A DNA stretch of 64,000 nucleotides from a virus (Duplodnaviria > Caudoviricetes), in the IMG/VR virus record IMGVR_UViG_3300016486_001578; one strand, given 5' to 3'. Every line of letters begins with the position of its first letter. Position 1 is the stretch's first letter. Below the pieces are notes generated by a model, which ran no database searches, was not told the DNA's origin, and saw only the letters and a program-made list of their open reading frames with translations. This document shows, piece after piece, positions 19,232 to 29,105 of the stretch. The position numbers and the translations under genes are program-made.

Positions 19232-19896
19232 ATGAAGTGGCAAAAAGGAGAAGAAATAGAATTATTAGAATTATTAAAAGAAGGTAAAAATTATATTGAA
19301 ATAGAAGAAATACTAAACAGGAGTAAGAACTCCATAAGGAATAAATCTCAAAAAATGGGATATTCCTTACAATCATTTAAGATACAAAATAAAAAGTGTA
19401 TATTTTGTAAGAAAAATTTTAATTATAATTGTAGAGACGAAAAAGAAAGGAGTAAAATATTTTGTAATAGCTCATGTTCCGCTAGTTATAATAACAAATT
19501 AAGAAATAAGAAAGGGAAAAGTGTGAGATATGTGATAAGAAAACTAATAATATAAAAACATGTAGTATGATTTGTTATCAAGAATTATTATTCTTGGAAG
19601 GGTTGGAAAAATTTAATAAGGGTTATTTAATAAATAACCGAGCAATTAAAAAATATCTAATATATTTATATGAAGAAAAGTGCTCTAATTGTGGATTAGG
19701 AAATTATTGGGATAACAAATTCTTATCAATACAGGTTGATCATATTGATGGTAATTCCGATAATAACTCAAAAGATAATGTTAGGCTATTATGTCCAAAT
19801 TGCCATTCACAAACACCAACATTTGGTATAAAGGGAGGAAACAAAAACAAAAAAGATAATAGAAATATATATCGAAAAAAATATAGACAAAAATGA
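19232..19896 (+). CDS. HNH endonuclease (split into two ORFs by frameshift)
   Basis: N-terminal HTH and FCNSSC; C-terminal CSNC...VDHIDGNSDNN...LCPNCHSQT. Confidence 0.75.
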
Positions 19897-20201
19897 TTAA
19901 ATGGATAAAAAAATATTTAATTCCGAAGAAAAAAGAAGAATACATTCCCTATGGAATGTGTCCAGGATTTTATATTAAGGTAAATGATAGTTCTTGGATA
20001 CAAGGACATATGGTTATTAAAAAATCAGACAACGAAGCCGAGATAAGAAAGAAATTTAATGATTTGATAGTTAAATTTTGCAAAGAAAGAAACCTAAGCA
20101 AAGAAGAGACAGAAAAAAATCTAAAAAATAATAACCTAGATTCATATTTTGGAGCCGATGATATACCGGATTGGTATATCCCACCCAAGGCGAAGGGGTA
20201 A
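19893..20201 (+). CDS. Hypothetical protein
   Basis: ORF overlapping the HNH stop. Confidence 0.45.
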   Translation: MIKWIKKYLIPKKKEEYIPYGMCPGFYIKVNDSSWIQGHMVIKKSDNEAEIRKKFNDLIVKFCKERNLSKEETEKNLKNNNLDSYFGADDIPDWYIPPKAKG

Positions 20202-20209
20202 TTAATAAT

Positions 20210-20283
20210 GCGGATGTAGCTCAGTTGGTCAGAGCGTTAGTTTTCCAAACTAAGAGTCGTGAGTTCGATTCTCTCTACTCGCT
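20210..20283 (+). tRNA. tRNA-Gly(TCC) copy 2
   Basis: TTAGT-TTTCCAA-ACTAA; normal D loop; one acceptor-stem mismatch. Confidence 0.8.
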
Positions 20284-20288
20284 CTTAT

Positions 20289-20377
20289 GTAGTATATTCT
20301 CAGTTGGTACAGAGATAAAAAACAGGCAGAAAAATTATTGAAGTTTTGTCATAGTTTGGTTCGATTCCAAAATCTAC
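20289..20377 (+). ncRNA. tRNA-like element without a recognisable anticodon arm
   Basis: D arm TCTC-AGTTGGTACA-GAGA and T arm TTTGG-TTCGATT-CCAAA; ends GTAG.../...CTAC. Confidence 0.45.
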
Positions 20378-20400
20378 TTTAATTTATTAATACATACATT

Positions 20401-20838
20401 ATGAATTATATTAAATTATTTGAAAACTTCGATAACATAGAATATTTTGATATGGAAGATATATTTCTAACCATAATAGATAAGGGGTTGATAATTGAAG
20501 ATGCTATGGTATGTAACATAATAGATATTGGTGATAATGATGTAGTATTTGGTAATAGTAATACCGAATCTACTAGTGGGTTATTGTTGGAGTTTTCTAC
20601 TGAGACTGGTTTATATTTTAATAGTGAGTTTTATAATGAATTAGACTTAGCCATTAAACATGCGGAAAGTAGGTATGATATTAAATTAAATAATATACAC
20701 ATAGATAGCTCTAGATTTGAATTGGTTCATGATGAGGATAAATTTAATATATATTGCTCAACGGTACATAAAATGAAAGAGATGTATTCTACCAGATTTG
20801 ATAAAAAATGTTGTATGGGTTTATCGTTCAAAAAATAA
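20401..20838 (+). CDS. Hypothetical protein with MNYIKLFENF tag
   Basis: ORF; tag. Confidence 0.55.
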   Translation: MNYIKLFENFDNIEYFDMEDIFLTIIDKGLIIEDAMVCNIIDIGDNDVVFGNSNTESTSGLLLEFSTETGLYFNSEFYNELDLAIKHAESRYDIKLNNIHIDSSRFELVHDEDKFNIYCSTVHKMKEMYSTRFDKKCCMGLSFKK

Positions 20839-21480
20839 TTATACCTTTCTCCATTTAAAGAAAATGTCTTTATCTTCTTGGTTCTCAACATATCCCTCTT
20901 CTTTATATTGTTCATCATTTATAATAACCAAATAAGAATAACCAGTATGAAAAGATTCTAATCCTGGATAATCACTATTTTCTGGAAAATATAATTTGTT
21001 AAAAAAGGTAGATTGATCATCTGATATATTAATGCCTAACTCTTCTTGCATTCCTCTTTTTATTGCCTCTTTGTGATCTTCTCCATATTTAAACTTTTCC
21101 GCCATTGAATACCAGATATCAGACCTTATCCTTTCCCTACCACCTTTAAATATGGCCTTTTCTTCAAATAAAATAAACTTATCATTGCCATTTATATACA
21201 TAATCCTAGCCCCAACAAAATTAACTTCCCTTCTTAGTTTTCCATTAATTGAATATAATTCGGTTTCTTCCTCTTTGATTTCATTCCAAAGGTGGTTGAT
21301 TTTTTTATATTTCTTCTTACCCCAATCAGAAAGATCTATTTTATGACTCTTTAATAAATTATCCAATCCTTCTCTTGATTTAGGAGTTACGATATATTTA
21401 TCATCTAGTGGTTCTTTTTTGCTTATTATATTATTATACTCATTTATTATATAACTTTCAAATTTTTTTATATTATCCAT
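20839..21480 (-). CDS. NUDIX-like protein with N-terminal tag
   Basis: E....AIKRGMQEELGI degenerate Nudix box; MDNIKKFESY. Confidence 0.5.
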   Translation of the reverse strand: MDNIKKFESYIINEYNNIISKKEPLDDKYIVTPKSREGLDNLLKSHKIDLSDWGKKKYKKINHLWNEIKEEETELYSINGKLRREVNFVGARIMYINGNDKFILFEEKAIFKGGRERIRSDIWYSMAEKFKYGEDHKEAIKRGMQEELGINISDDQSTFFNKLYFPENSDYPGLESFHTGYSYLVIINDEQYKEEGYVENQEDKDIFFKWRKV

Positions 21481-21546
21481 TTATTATATATTAATATGGA
21501 AAATTATTTTTAATAATTTAATATATAAAGAAAATAAAAACCAACA

Positions 21547-21822
21547 ATGGCAAATTTTGACAAATATTTAGTAAACATATCACATGTTCCATCAAGACCA
21601 AATGGACAAGAATTAATTAGTGCTGGTGGAGTAACACACTCAGTTCATACTTACTCAGAAGAATACTGGGTAGCTTCTGCTCCTGAAATTAGATTATACG
21701 CAACTGGATCATCACAAGGAGATGCTTATACTAATTTAGTTAGTGCTGGGACAGATGGATCAGCATCTAATTATGCGGGACCTTTCGGTCAAGAACCTTT
21801 AAGTAATATAAGAACTTATTAA
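21547..21822 (+). CDS. Small hypothetical protein, possibly structural
   Basis: Gly/Ser/Ala-rich; TAATATATA at 21519-27. Confidence 0.55.
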   Translation: MANFDKYLVNISHVPSRPNGQELISAGGVTHSVHTYSEEYWVASAPEIRLYATGSSQGDAYTNLVSAGTDGSASNYAGPFGQEPLSNIRTY

Positions 21823-21828
21823 GATATT

Positions 21829-22323
21829 TTACTTTTCACTATTTGGTAGTTGTGCCTTTCTGTGTATATCTGAGCCCACGAAAGTCTCAACACTAGCAAT
21901 ACAAGACTCTCCCCAGCCCTCGTCTTGTGAACTTTCTGCTTCTTCTGCTTCTTCGGAGCTTAAATACCATGTTAGACCAACAGAACCATCACCGTTATTC
22001 ATACAAGCATACCAAACAACGACCTTTTCTAGTTTAGAAGTTTCTTCTTTTTCAGAATCAAATTCATCATACTCATCCAATATTATTTTAACTAAACCAT
22101 CCACATCATTTTTTATCTTATCACTAGATACTACTTTCTCCATATCTCCTTTGGTCATTTCTAAATCATTTGATAATTCTCCCAATTCGGATAATAAATC
22201 AACATTACTTGGTTCATCACCTTGTTCGAATTCTTCGTCATAATTTAGAATATCATTTGCTTTTCTTATATATGAATCTATTTTATTTTCATTAGATTCA
22301 TTAAATCTCATTAAGTGTTTCAT
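21829..22323 (-). CDS. Acidic hypothetical protein with tag
   Basis: MKHLMRFNES. Confidence 0.55.
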   Translation of the reverse strand: MKHLMRFNESNENKIDSYIRKANDILNYDEEFEQGDEPSNVDLLSELGELSNDLEMTKGDMEKVVSSDKIKNDVDGLVKIILDEYDEFDSEKEETSKLEKVVVWYACMNNGDGSVGLTWYLSSEEAEEAESSQDEGWGESCIASVETFVGSDIHRKAQLPNSEK

Positions 22324-22759
22324 ATTAATTCATTATTTTAGTTGTGATAATATATTTTTTACCTCTTTTATTGTTTTCCAATCATTTGGAACAAATTCAT
22401 GTAAAGAAGCCTTTGGGTATTTATTATATTCTTTTTTCTCTTTATCTCTTATTTGTTTTCTAGATAGCTCTCTATTATCTGGCTGTGTTCTAATTGAATT
22501 GAATCCAAATTTCATATCATTCATATCATCCTTTATAATTATTGAAAATCTATTTTAGATTTTCTTCCCAATTTTCTCTATTCGGTAATTTATCCTTTTT
22601 TCTACCAAATGAAAAAATTCATACATCTTTAAGTGTTTCATAAGACTATATATTATTTTCTAAAACAAACTATCTATCCACCTTTTTATATCTGGTGGCA
22701 TGTCATCAAATGATACTTTGATATTAAGTAATTTATCATTTATGTTAAATTTCTCAATA

Positions 22760-23173
22760 TCAGAAGTGCTCAATTTGATGAGCATTCTTTATCTTTGATA
22801 TAAAACTATGGTGCTCTTTATTTTGTATAACCAATTTAGATGTTGAATTGGATGAATATTTTAAAAATAAACCCTTTCTATATGTTATTTCAATTTTTAT
22901 TAACCTATTTTTCATATAATCAACAAGCCTAATTATAGTATCCTTGACATCGGTATAATAAAATGGTTCTCCGCCATTACTTATTGTAATATCACCTCTA
23001 GTATGTGAAGTAATTTGTAGATTATTATCTTCGAGCTCTAATAAGATGTCTTTTATATTTCTTACTAATTCTTTTTGACTATCACCATTTTCATCAATAT
23101 ATTTTTTGGGTTCCTCGGTTGTTTTCTTATTTTTCCAAAAATTGAAAAACTCATATACCTTTAAATATTTCAT
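22760..23173 (-). CDS. Hypothetical protein with tag
   Basis: MKYLKVYEFF; IKDILLEL.D motif similar to those in 35824, 46004 and 46675. Confidence 0.55.
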   Translation of the reverse strand: MKYLKVYEFFNFWKNKKTTEEPKKYIDENGDSQKELVRNIKDILLELEDNNLQITSHTRGDITISNGGEPFYYTDVKDTIIRLVDYMKNRLIKIEITYRKGLFLKYSSNSTSKLVIQNKEHHSFISKIKNAHQIEHF

Positions 23174-23188
23174 AAAGTTATATATAAA

Positions 23189-23578
23189 TTATAAAATTTT
23201 ATTTAATGTATATTCCCTAAACCTGAATATAAAATCATCAAATGTTTCCGAATTGCTTAATAGTTCAAACCTATCTTCTATTACCTTTATTAGAGTAGAA
23301 TCATCCAACCCCTTTTTATAAATACAACTAATATCATTTTTATCCGATGCTATTATCCAAACTGTTATATTAGAATAAATATCAAAAGCCTCCCTATATT
23401 TATTCAAAGTTTCTTCAGCCCTTTGTCTGGATAAACCAGAGCAATTTATCTCAAATTTAAAAATAGGATTATCTAAATTTAATTCTTCTTTATCTTTTGG
23501 TTTATTGTAGATATTGCTAAATATTTTACTATTATATGTGTTATTATTACTAGGCATATATAATATATTATTATTCAT
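23189..23578 (-). CDS. Hypothetical protein
   Basis: ORF; C-terminal FREYTLNKIL. Confidence 0.5.
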   Translation of the reverse strand: MNNNILYMPSNNNTYNSKIFSNIYNKPKDKEELNLDNPIFKFEINCSGLSRQRAEETLNKYREAFDIYSNITVWIIASDKNDISCIYKKGLDDSTLIKVIEDRFELLSNSETFDDFIFRFREYTLNKIL

Positions 23579-23642
23579 ATAATTTGTTGAAAATAAAACA
23601 TTTTTAATTATATTTGTTATAAATAAAAAAAAAAAGATTTAA

Positions 23643-23984
23643 ATGGAATTATTTATAATTAAATACGGATTAGGCGGTGGCTTTGGTGGTGCCGATAAAT
23701 ACGAAGTTGTTGAAGCTATGACTCAACAAAAAGCAGAAACAATGGCTTATTATCTTGCTTGTGAAGAATATGATAGTTTTGCTGGTATGCACGGACTAAG
23801 AGATAGAGATGAAATAATGGATGAAGATGAGTGTGATGAGGAAGAAGCAGATCAAATCTATAGAGAAGATAGAGAAAGTTGGTTAGATTATGATGCGATG
23901 CCTTATTCTAAAGAGTTAGAAAAAATGGCTAGAGGATATCACTTTGAAAACCCATACAAAGCAAAAACAGATCTTATTAAATAA
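23643..23984 (+). CDS. Acidic hypothetical protein
   Basis: ORF preceded by TATATTTG at 23609-16. Confidence 0.6.
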   Translation: MELFIIKYGLGGGFGGADKYEVVEAMTQQKAETMAYYLACEEYDSFAGMHGLRDRDEIMDEDECDEEEADQIYREDRESWLDYDAMPYSKELEKMARGYHFENPYKAKTDLIK

Positions 23985-24879
23985 GATGATAATAGAAAAT
24001 AATAATATCTATTTAGGTGATTGTTTATCACTGATGCCATATATGAAGGATAATAGCATAGATGTTATATTTGCTGATTTACCTTATGGCACAACGAATT
24101 GTTCTTGGGACACAATAATACCATTAAATGATTATATGTTAGTCGATGTTGGTAAAAAAACTAAGCCTATGTACGAAGGTGATTATATTCTATATAATTC
24201 ATTAAATAATGGAGAAACGGCCAATTATTGGAAGGATAAATTTAAATCTGAGAAGGAAATAGGTCTTTGGTCAAATTATAAGAGAATAATAAAGGAAAAT
24301 GGTGTTATTTTATTATATGCACAAACACCCTTTGATAAAATATTAGGAAATAGTAACAAAGAAATGCTTAGATATGAGTGGATATGGGAAAAATCACAAG
24401 CAACTGGTCACCTAAATGCTAAGAGAATGCCAATGAAATCACATGAGAATATTTTAGTTTTTTATAAAAAATTACCAAAATATACACCACAAAAAACATC
24501 AGGACATGTCAGAAAAGTTTCATCTGCTAAAAATAGATCAGCTTGTATAGAGCGTAGGAATGATACGGATAACATATATAATAACGAATATCCAGATAGG
24601 GTAAATGATTATGATAGTACAGAAAGATATCCAAGAAGTGTCATAAAATTTGCATCCGATAAACAAAAATCTAGCTTACACAAAACACAAAAACCATTAG
24701 CATTAACCGAGTATATGCTAAAAACATATGGATTTGAAGGATGTAATGTTCTAGATAATGTATCTGGTAGTGGTACTGTCGGAGAAGCTTGTATTAATTT
24801 AAATATGAATTATATACTAATGGAGAAAGATGAAGATAATTATAATATCTCATTAAAAAGGATAAGTGGAATATTATAG
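23944..24879 (+). CDS. DNA N6-adenine/N4-cytosine methyltransferase (beta class); likely start 23986
   Basis: GDC, DLPY, YEWIWEK, HKTQKP, LDNVSGSGT. Confidence 0.9.
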   Translation: MKTHTKQKQILLNKMIIENNNIYLGDCLSLMPYMKDNSIDVIFADLPYGTTNCSWDTIIPLNDYMLVDVGKKTKPMYEGDYILYNSLNNGETANYWKDKFKSEKEIGLWSNYKRIIKENGVILLYAQTPFDKILGNSNKEMLRYEWIWEKSQATGHLNAKRMPMKSHENILVFYKKLPKYTPQKTSGHVRKVSSAKNRSACIERRNDTDNIYNNEYPDRVNDYDSTERYPRSVIKFASDKQKSSLHKTQKPLALTEYMLKTYGFEGCNVLDNVSGSGTVGEACINLNMNYILMEKDEDNYNISLKRISGIL

Positions 24880-24929
24880 AAATAAAATTATTTTCCTTAT
24901 ATTTAAAAATATATAAAAATAAACTAAAA

Positions 24930-25331
24930 ATGAAAAAAACAATATTAATATTCGAAAAGGTAAGAGCATATGCTTATAGTAATAAGTTAAGTTATGAATT
25001 TTATTTTCAACCAGAATCACTTATGTTTAGAATACAGGGCTGGGGTGAAATAAAAGACACTAATTTTATAAATTTCTTGGTATCATTGGGATTTTATATT
25101 GATATAGATAATGGTGATGAAGATAGATTACCTATGTTTAGTTATATTTTTAAAGAAACTAAGAAAAAAATATTATATGATGCTAGAACAATAAGTGGTA
25201 ACGATGTTATTGTTTGGCTACATAGGGTACCCGAGTTAGACGAACAACATGGCGATGATATCATTATGATAGACTCAAATGGAGTCGAATATCCAACACA
25301 ATCACTAAAATATATAAAGGAAATAAAATAA
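24930..25331 (+). CDS. Hypothetical protein
   Basis: ORF. Confidence 0.5.
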   Translation: MKKTILIFEKVRAYAYSNKLSYEFYFQPESLMFRIQGWGEIKDTNFINFLVSLGFYIDIDNGDEDRLPMFSYIFKETKKKILYDARTISGNDVIVWLHRVPELDEQHGDDIIMIDSNGVEYPTQSLKYIKEIK

Positions 25332-25406
25332 TTACTATAAATCCGAAAAAATGGATAAACCAACTTTAGTAAAAATACTGAATATAATAGAAAACATATA
25401 AATATA

Positions 25407-25889
25407 ATGAAAAGTAATAAAACACACATATTTTTTTGGAGTGGCATTTATTCAAATTGGCACCCTGCTAAATTTGAATACAAAGGCGAAAAATTTGAAA
25501 ATTCAGAGCAAGCATTTATGTGGGAAAAGGCAAACTTTTTCTCTGATAAAAAAATAGCTAATATGGTATTAGACACACCAGATCCATCGGATAATAAAAA
25601 ATTAGGTAGACAAATAAGAAATTTCAATAAATATAAATGGGACAACGCCTGTAAAGAAATAATGTATGACGTAAACAAGGCAAAATTTGAACAAAACCCA
25701 AAACTAAAGAGATAACTGATAGAAACAGAAGGAAAATCATTAGTAGAAGCATCACCATATGATACTATATGGGGAATAGGAATGTCAGAAGATGAAGCAA
25801 TGAACTCAGAACCTAGTATGTGGAGAGGAAAAAACTATCTAGGAGAAGTTTTGGATGAGCTAAGATTAGATTTTATTAATGGGATATAA
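25407..25889 (+). CDS. NADAR (YbiA-like) family protein, frameshift near 25710
   Basis: FFW...SNW...SEQAFMWEKA...KKLGRQI...KFEQN, then in another frame LVEASPYDTIWGIG...WRGKNYLG. Confidence 0.85.
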
Positions 25890-25996
25890 TAAATTTATAT
25901 ACATAATATCTGGTGTTATAATTTTAATAACATTTATTAATTTAATATCAGGAATGTTTGATTTGATAAAAATCGATAAAATATTTAATAAAAATT

Positions 25997-26422
25997 TTGA
26001 AAATAGGAAAAAACGACATAAGAATAGGAAACCTTTTAAGAACAAAGGATGGGGAAGAAATTAGAGTTGAGAGTATAAACAACGATGGTATTAACCTAAA
26101 AATAACTAGTATAATAAATCCATCTAATAGAAAATTAAGCGGATTGGTCTCTATACCAAAGTATAAATTTGATGATTTATGTGGAATAGATATAACAAAA
26201 GATCATTTAGTTGATTATGGGTTTATCCATCGAGAGTGTGGAATATCCGGTGCTGATATGTGGCAAGGAATGGACTTTTGGACACTACTAAATACATCAT
26301 TCTCATTAAGAGGAAATCCAGGTGGTTTAAAATTAACCGGTCACATAAATAGTGAGATATTATATCTACATCAATTACAAAACTCTTATCATTCAACACA
26401 AAACAAAGAATTAAGTGATTAA
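25997..26422 (+). CDS. Hypothetical phage protein
   Basis: DIRIGN...YLHQLQN motif. Confidence 0.55.
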   Translation: MKIGKNDIRIGNLLRTKDGEEIRVESINNDGINLKITSIINPSNRKLSGLVSIPKYKFDDLCGIDITKDHLVDYGFIHRECGISGADMWQGMDFWTLLNTSFSLRGNPGGLKLTGHINSEILYLHQLQNSYHSTQNKELSD

Positions 26423-26460
26423 TTTCTATTAATATATAGATTATAAATTTAATTTAAAAA

Positions 26461-26913
26461 ATGAAACACCTTAAGGTATTTGAAGAATTCGATATTAGTA
26501 ATATATTTAGAAGAAAAAAGAAATTCATTATGGATGAAACACCAGAAGAGGATACAGAAAAAGAAGTCTATGTGAGTCAAGGTGAAGAGATAATGATAGA
26601 TAGGTTCCCATATAAAAAAAATGAATATGGACAAGATGAATTTGGAGTTTATATAAATAAAGAAGAAAAAACCTATTATATAGGTGATTTAAGGTCTTTT
26701 GGTAAAAACTCAAGATATTATATAAATTATCTAAAAATAGATAATTATAAAGAAAAAGATCCAACCGGGCAATTAGTTATACCAAATGAAGAACAAATGA
26801 AAGTTATTAATAATGAATTAAATGAGCCTTATATATCATCAAAATTATTAGATAAGCCAATAACACTTAGGGAGTTTTTAGAAGAAGAGGGTGTTCTAAA
26901 TCCTACTAATTGA
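26461..26913 (+). CDS. Hypothetical protein with MKHLKVFEEF tag
   Basis: Tag; TAATATATA at 26430-38. Confidence 0.6.
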   Translation: MKHLKVFEEFDISNIFRRKKKFIMDETPEEDTEKEVYVSQGEEIMIDRFPYKKNEYGQDEFGVYINKEEKTYYIGDLRSFGKNSRYYINYLKIDNYKEKDPTGQLVIPNEEQMKVINNELNEPYISSKLLDKPITLREFLEEEGVLNPTN

Positions 26914-27210
26914 TACTATTTTATCAACCAATAATCAAATATATACAAAAAATAGGATTTTTTATTTTATATATAAAAAAAAGTATAAATTTAAAAAAAT
27001 AACCTATGGGAAATTTAGAAAGTGTTTTATCAAAAGAGCTATGTAAATTTATAAAAGCAGGACACACACAATCAGAGTGTGTAGCATTTATAGAAGGATT
27101 CAAATTAGCATTCAATAAAAGTGAGGAAGTACCACTAAGTAAAATCACATTAGCTAAGAAAGTAATAGATTAAATTTTTTATACCAAAAATTTTAACTAT
27201 ATTTGTTACT

Positions 27211-27717
27211 ATGAAAATAACAAAAGAAGAATTCGAAAGATTCGTCATAAAAACGGGTCCAGAATTAGGAATGAAGATGGGTGATTTTTGGTATGAATTT
27301 TTCACATCAAGTAGTGATGAAAACAACTACACAATACACTTTAATTGCAACACACCCAATATACTAAATGAGGTAAAATCTAAGATAGAAGATAATTTCA
27401 AATGTACTTTTTTTAATGATTGTAGATTTTTTAGGATTGCTGATAGATTTGTTGAAAAATTCAAATACCAATATTATATACATTTTAAAATGCATAATGG
27501 TTTTCCAAAATTAGTCAAAATGAGTGATGATTTAATAAAAAATCTTAATGAAAGTAGCAAAGAACACACTGAGGAGTTCTCAGGATGTGTTGGTTCTGTT
27601 GTTGGTCACCCAGACTTAGGATCGGGACCAGAATTAGATACACTTGATATTAAATGGCAACCAAGTGGTTTAAAATATATGTATCCAATTGATGGACTGG
27701 AGGTTATTTTGAGATAA
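27211..27717 (+). CDS. Hypothetical protein
   Basis: ORF preceded by TATATTTG at 27198-27205. Confidence 0.55.
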   Translation: MKITKEEFERFVIKTGPELGMKMGDFWYEFFTSSSDENNYTIHFNCNTPNILNEVKSKIEDNFKCTFFNDCRFFRIADRFVEKFKYQYYIHFKMHNGFPKLVKMSDDLIKNLNESSKEHTEEFSGCVGSVVGHPDLGSGPELDTLDIKWQPSGLKYMYPIDGLEVILR

Positions 27718-27793
27718 AAAAATTACTAATAATATCTATTATATTAATATCCATTAAGTATCAACAACATCTGTTATTAACTATATAATTATA

Positions 27794-28084
27794 GTGGATG
27801 TGTTTTCTTATATTTTTGTCTTTTTGTTATCAACCATCAAGTTCCTTGCTGGTATCTTATTATCTGTTTGTTTACAACCAGGTTTTGTATTTAGTTATTT
27901 AACCACTGTTGGTGGTGGTGTTTTTGGTTCAATGTTTTTCTTATTAACAGATAGTTTGTTAATTAAAGTAACCAATAGATTATTTCCAAATAGAAAAAGA
28001 AAGATTTTCTCAAAAAAAAGTAGACTATTAGTTAAACTAAGAAAAAACTTTGGATTGATGGTAATCCCCTTTTTTAATAAATAG
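27794..28084 (+). CDS. Small membrane protein (possibly truncated)
   Basis: Hydrophobic helices, STIKFL motif, basic C-terminus. Confidence 0.4.
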   Translation: MDVFSYIFVFLLSTIKFLAGILLSVCLQPGFVFSYLTTVGGGVFGSMFFLLTDSLLIKVTNRLFPNRKRKIFSKKSRLLVKLRKNFGLMVIPFFNK

Positions 28085-28087
28085 GCT

Positions 28088-28387
28088 ATGTGGAATAAAC
28101 CAAAATATAAAAGATTATTAGAATCAGTGATAAAATCTGATTATTGTCAAATATGTGGCAACTTAGATTGTTATGAATGTGATTTGGAATGTTGGTATTG
28201 TGATTATGAGTGTGATTGTTACTATGTTTGTGATATAGACTATAGTGGGGAATGGGTAGAAGAGAGTGTAAAAATAAGAGGAACAGAGAGAGTAAATAGG
28301 TATTACCTAATTGATATAGAATCATCCTATCCAGAAGAGAAAAAGAGAAATATAAAAATTAATAAAATCTTAGGATTGGATTTTTGA
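28088..28387 (+). CDS. Cys-rich hypothetical protein
   Basis: Multiple Cys; C-terminal RNIKINKIL. Confidence 0.5.
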   Translation: MWNKPKYKRLLESVIKSDYCQICGNLDCYECDLECWYCDYECDCYYVCDIDYSGEWVEESVKIRGTERVNRYYLIDIESSYPEEKKRNIKINKILGLDF

Positions 28388-28834
28388 AACTAGATTCCCT
28401 GTACCTGGTTCCTTTCTTTAAGAAAAAGAAGGATCCATTTTCTAATCCCGATTTGGAATATATTGTAGAAGAATCTCTATTAGAGTGATTCTGGATTTGA
28501 AGTTGCAGTTGATCATAAGATTTTTTCCAAAAAGGTGGAGCTCAATTATATTGGGGGTTCTAAAAAAACAGACGAGATCTTGATTAAGGTATCCAAAAAT
28601 AATGAAGCATTTTGGACATATGATGTTAAAGAAGTCCTTGAATTTGCACTAACATTTTTAAGAAAAGAATATGGATTAAAGCTTTTTGAACTATCATATA
28701 GAGATACAAACTGGACTTATGGGGGTAACTCAGGCACAAGAAATAAACACACACATTATAAATTAAAAAGACTAAAGGATATAGAAACTAAAAGTATATC
28801 AATAACACTATCATACTTGGGATGATAAGTGGTT

Positions 28835-29104
28835 TTAAATATTATCTGGTTTTATATTGTATGATTTTTGAATTTCTGGGTATAATCCCTTATATGAGAA
28901 CCTTTGGTCAAGATGTTGTGTTATTTTTAGACCACGAACTCGTATACTAACTAAGCAAATTACTCTATATAGTTCATCATCATTTATATCCCAATGATAA
29001 ACAAGGTCTTGTGCTAGTTCTATACCAGCTATCTCCCAGGTATTCCAGATGGTATGGATTTTCTAATCAGAATTAAAGTTTTCAAATATTTTTAGGTGTT
29101 TCAT
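28835..29104 (-). pseudogene. Tagged ORF interrupted by an in-frame TAG at codon 14
   Basis: MKHLKIFENFNSD*KIHTIW...; otherwise open for 89 codons; 5' part 48/49 nt identical to gene 61934..62632. Confidence 0.55.
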
Positions 29105-29105
29105 T

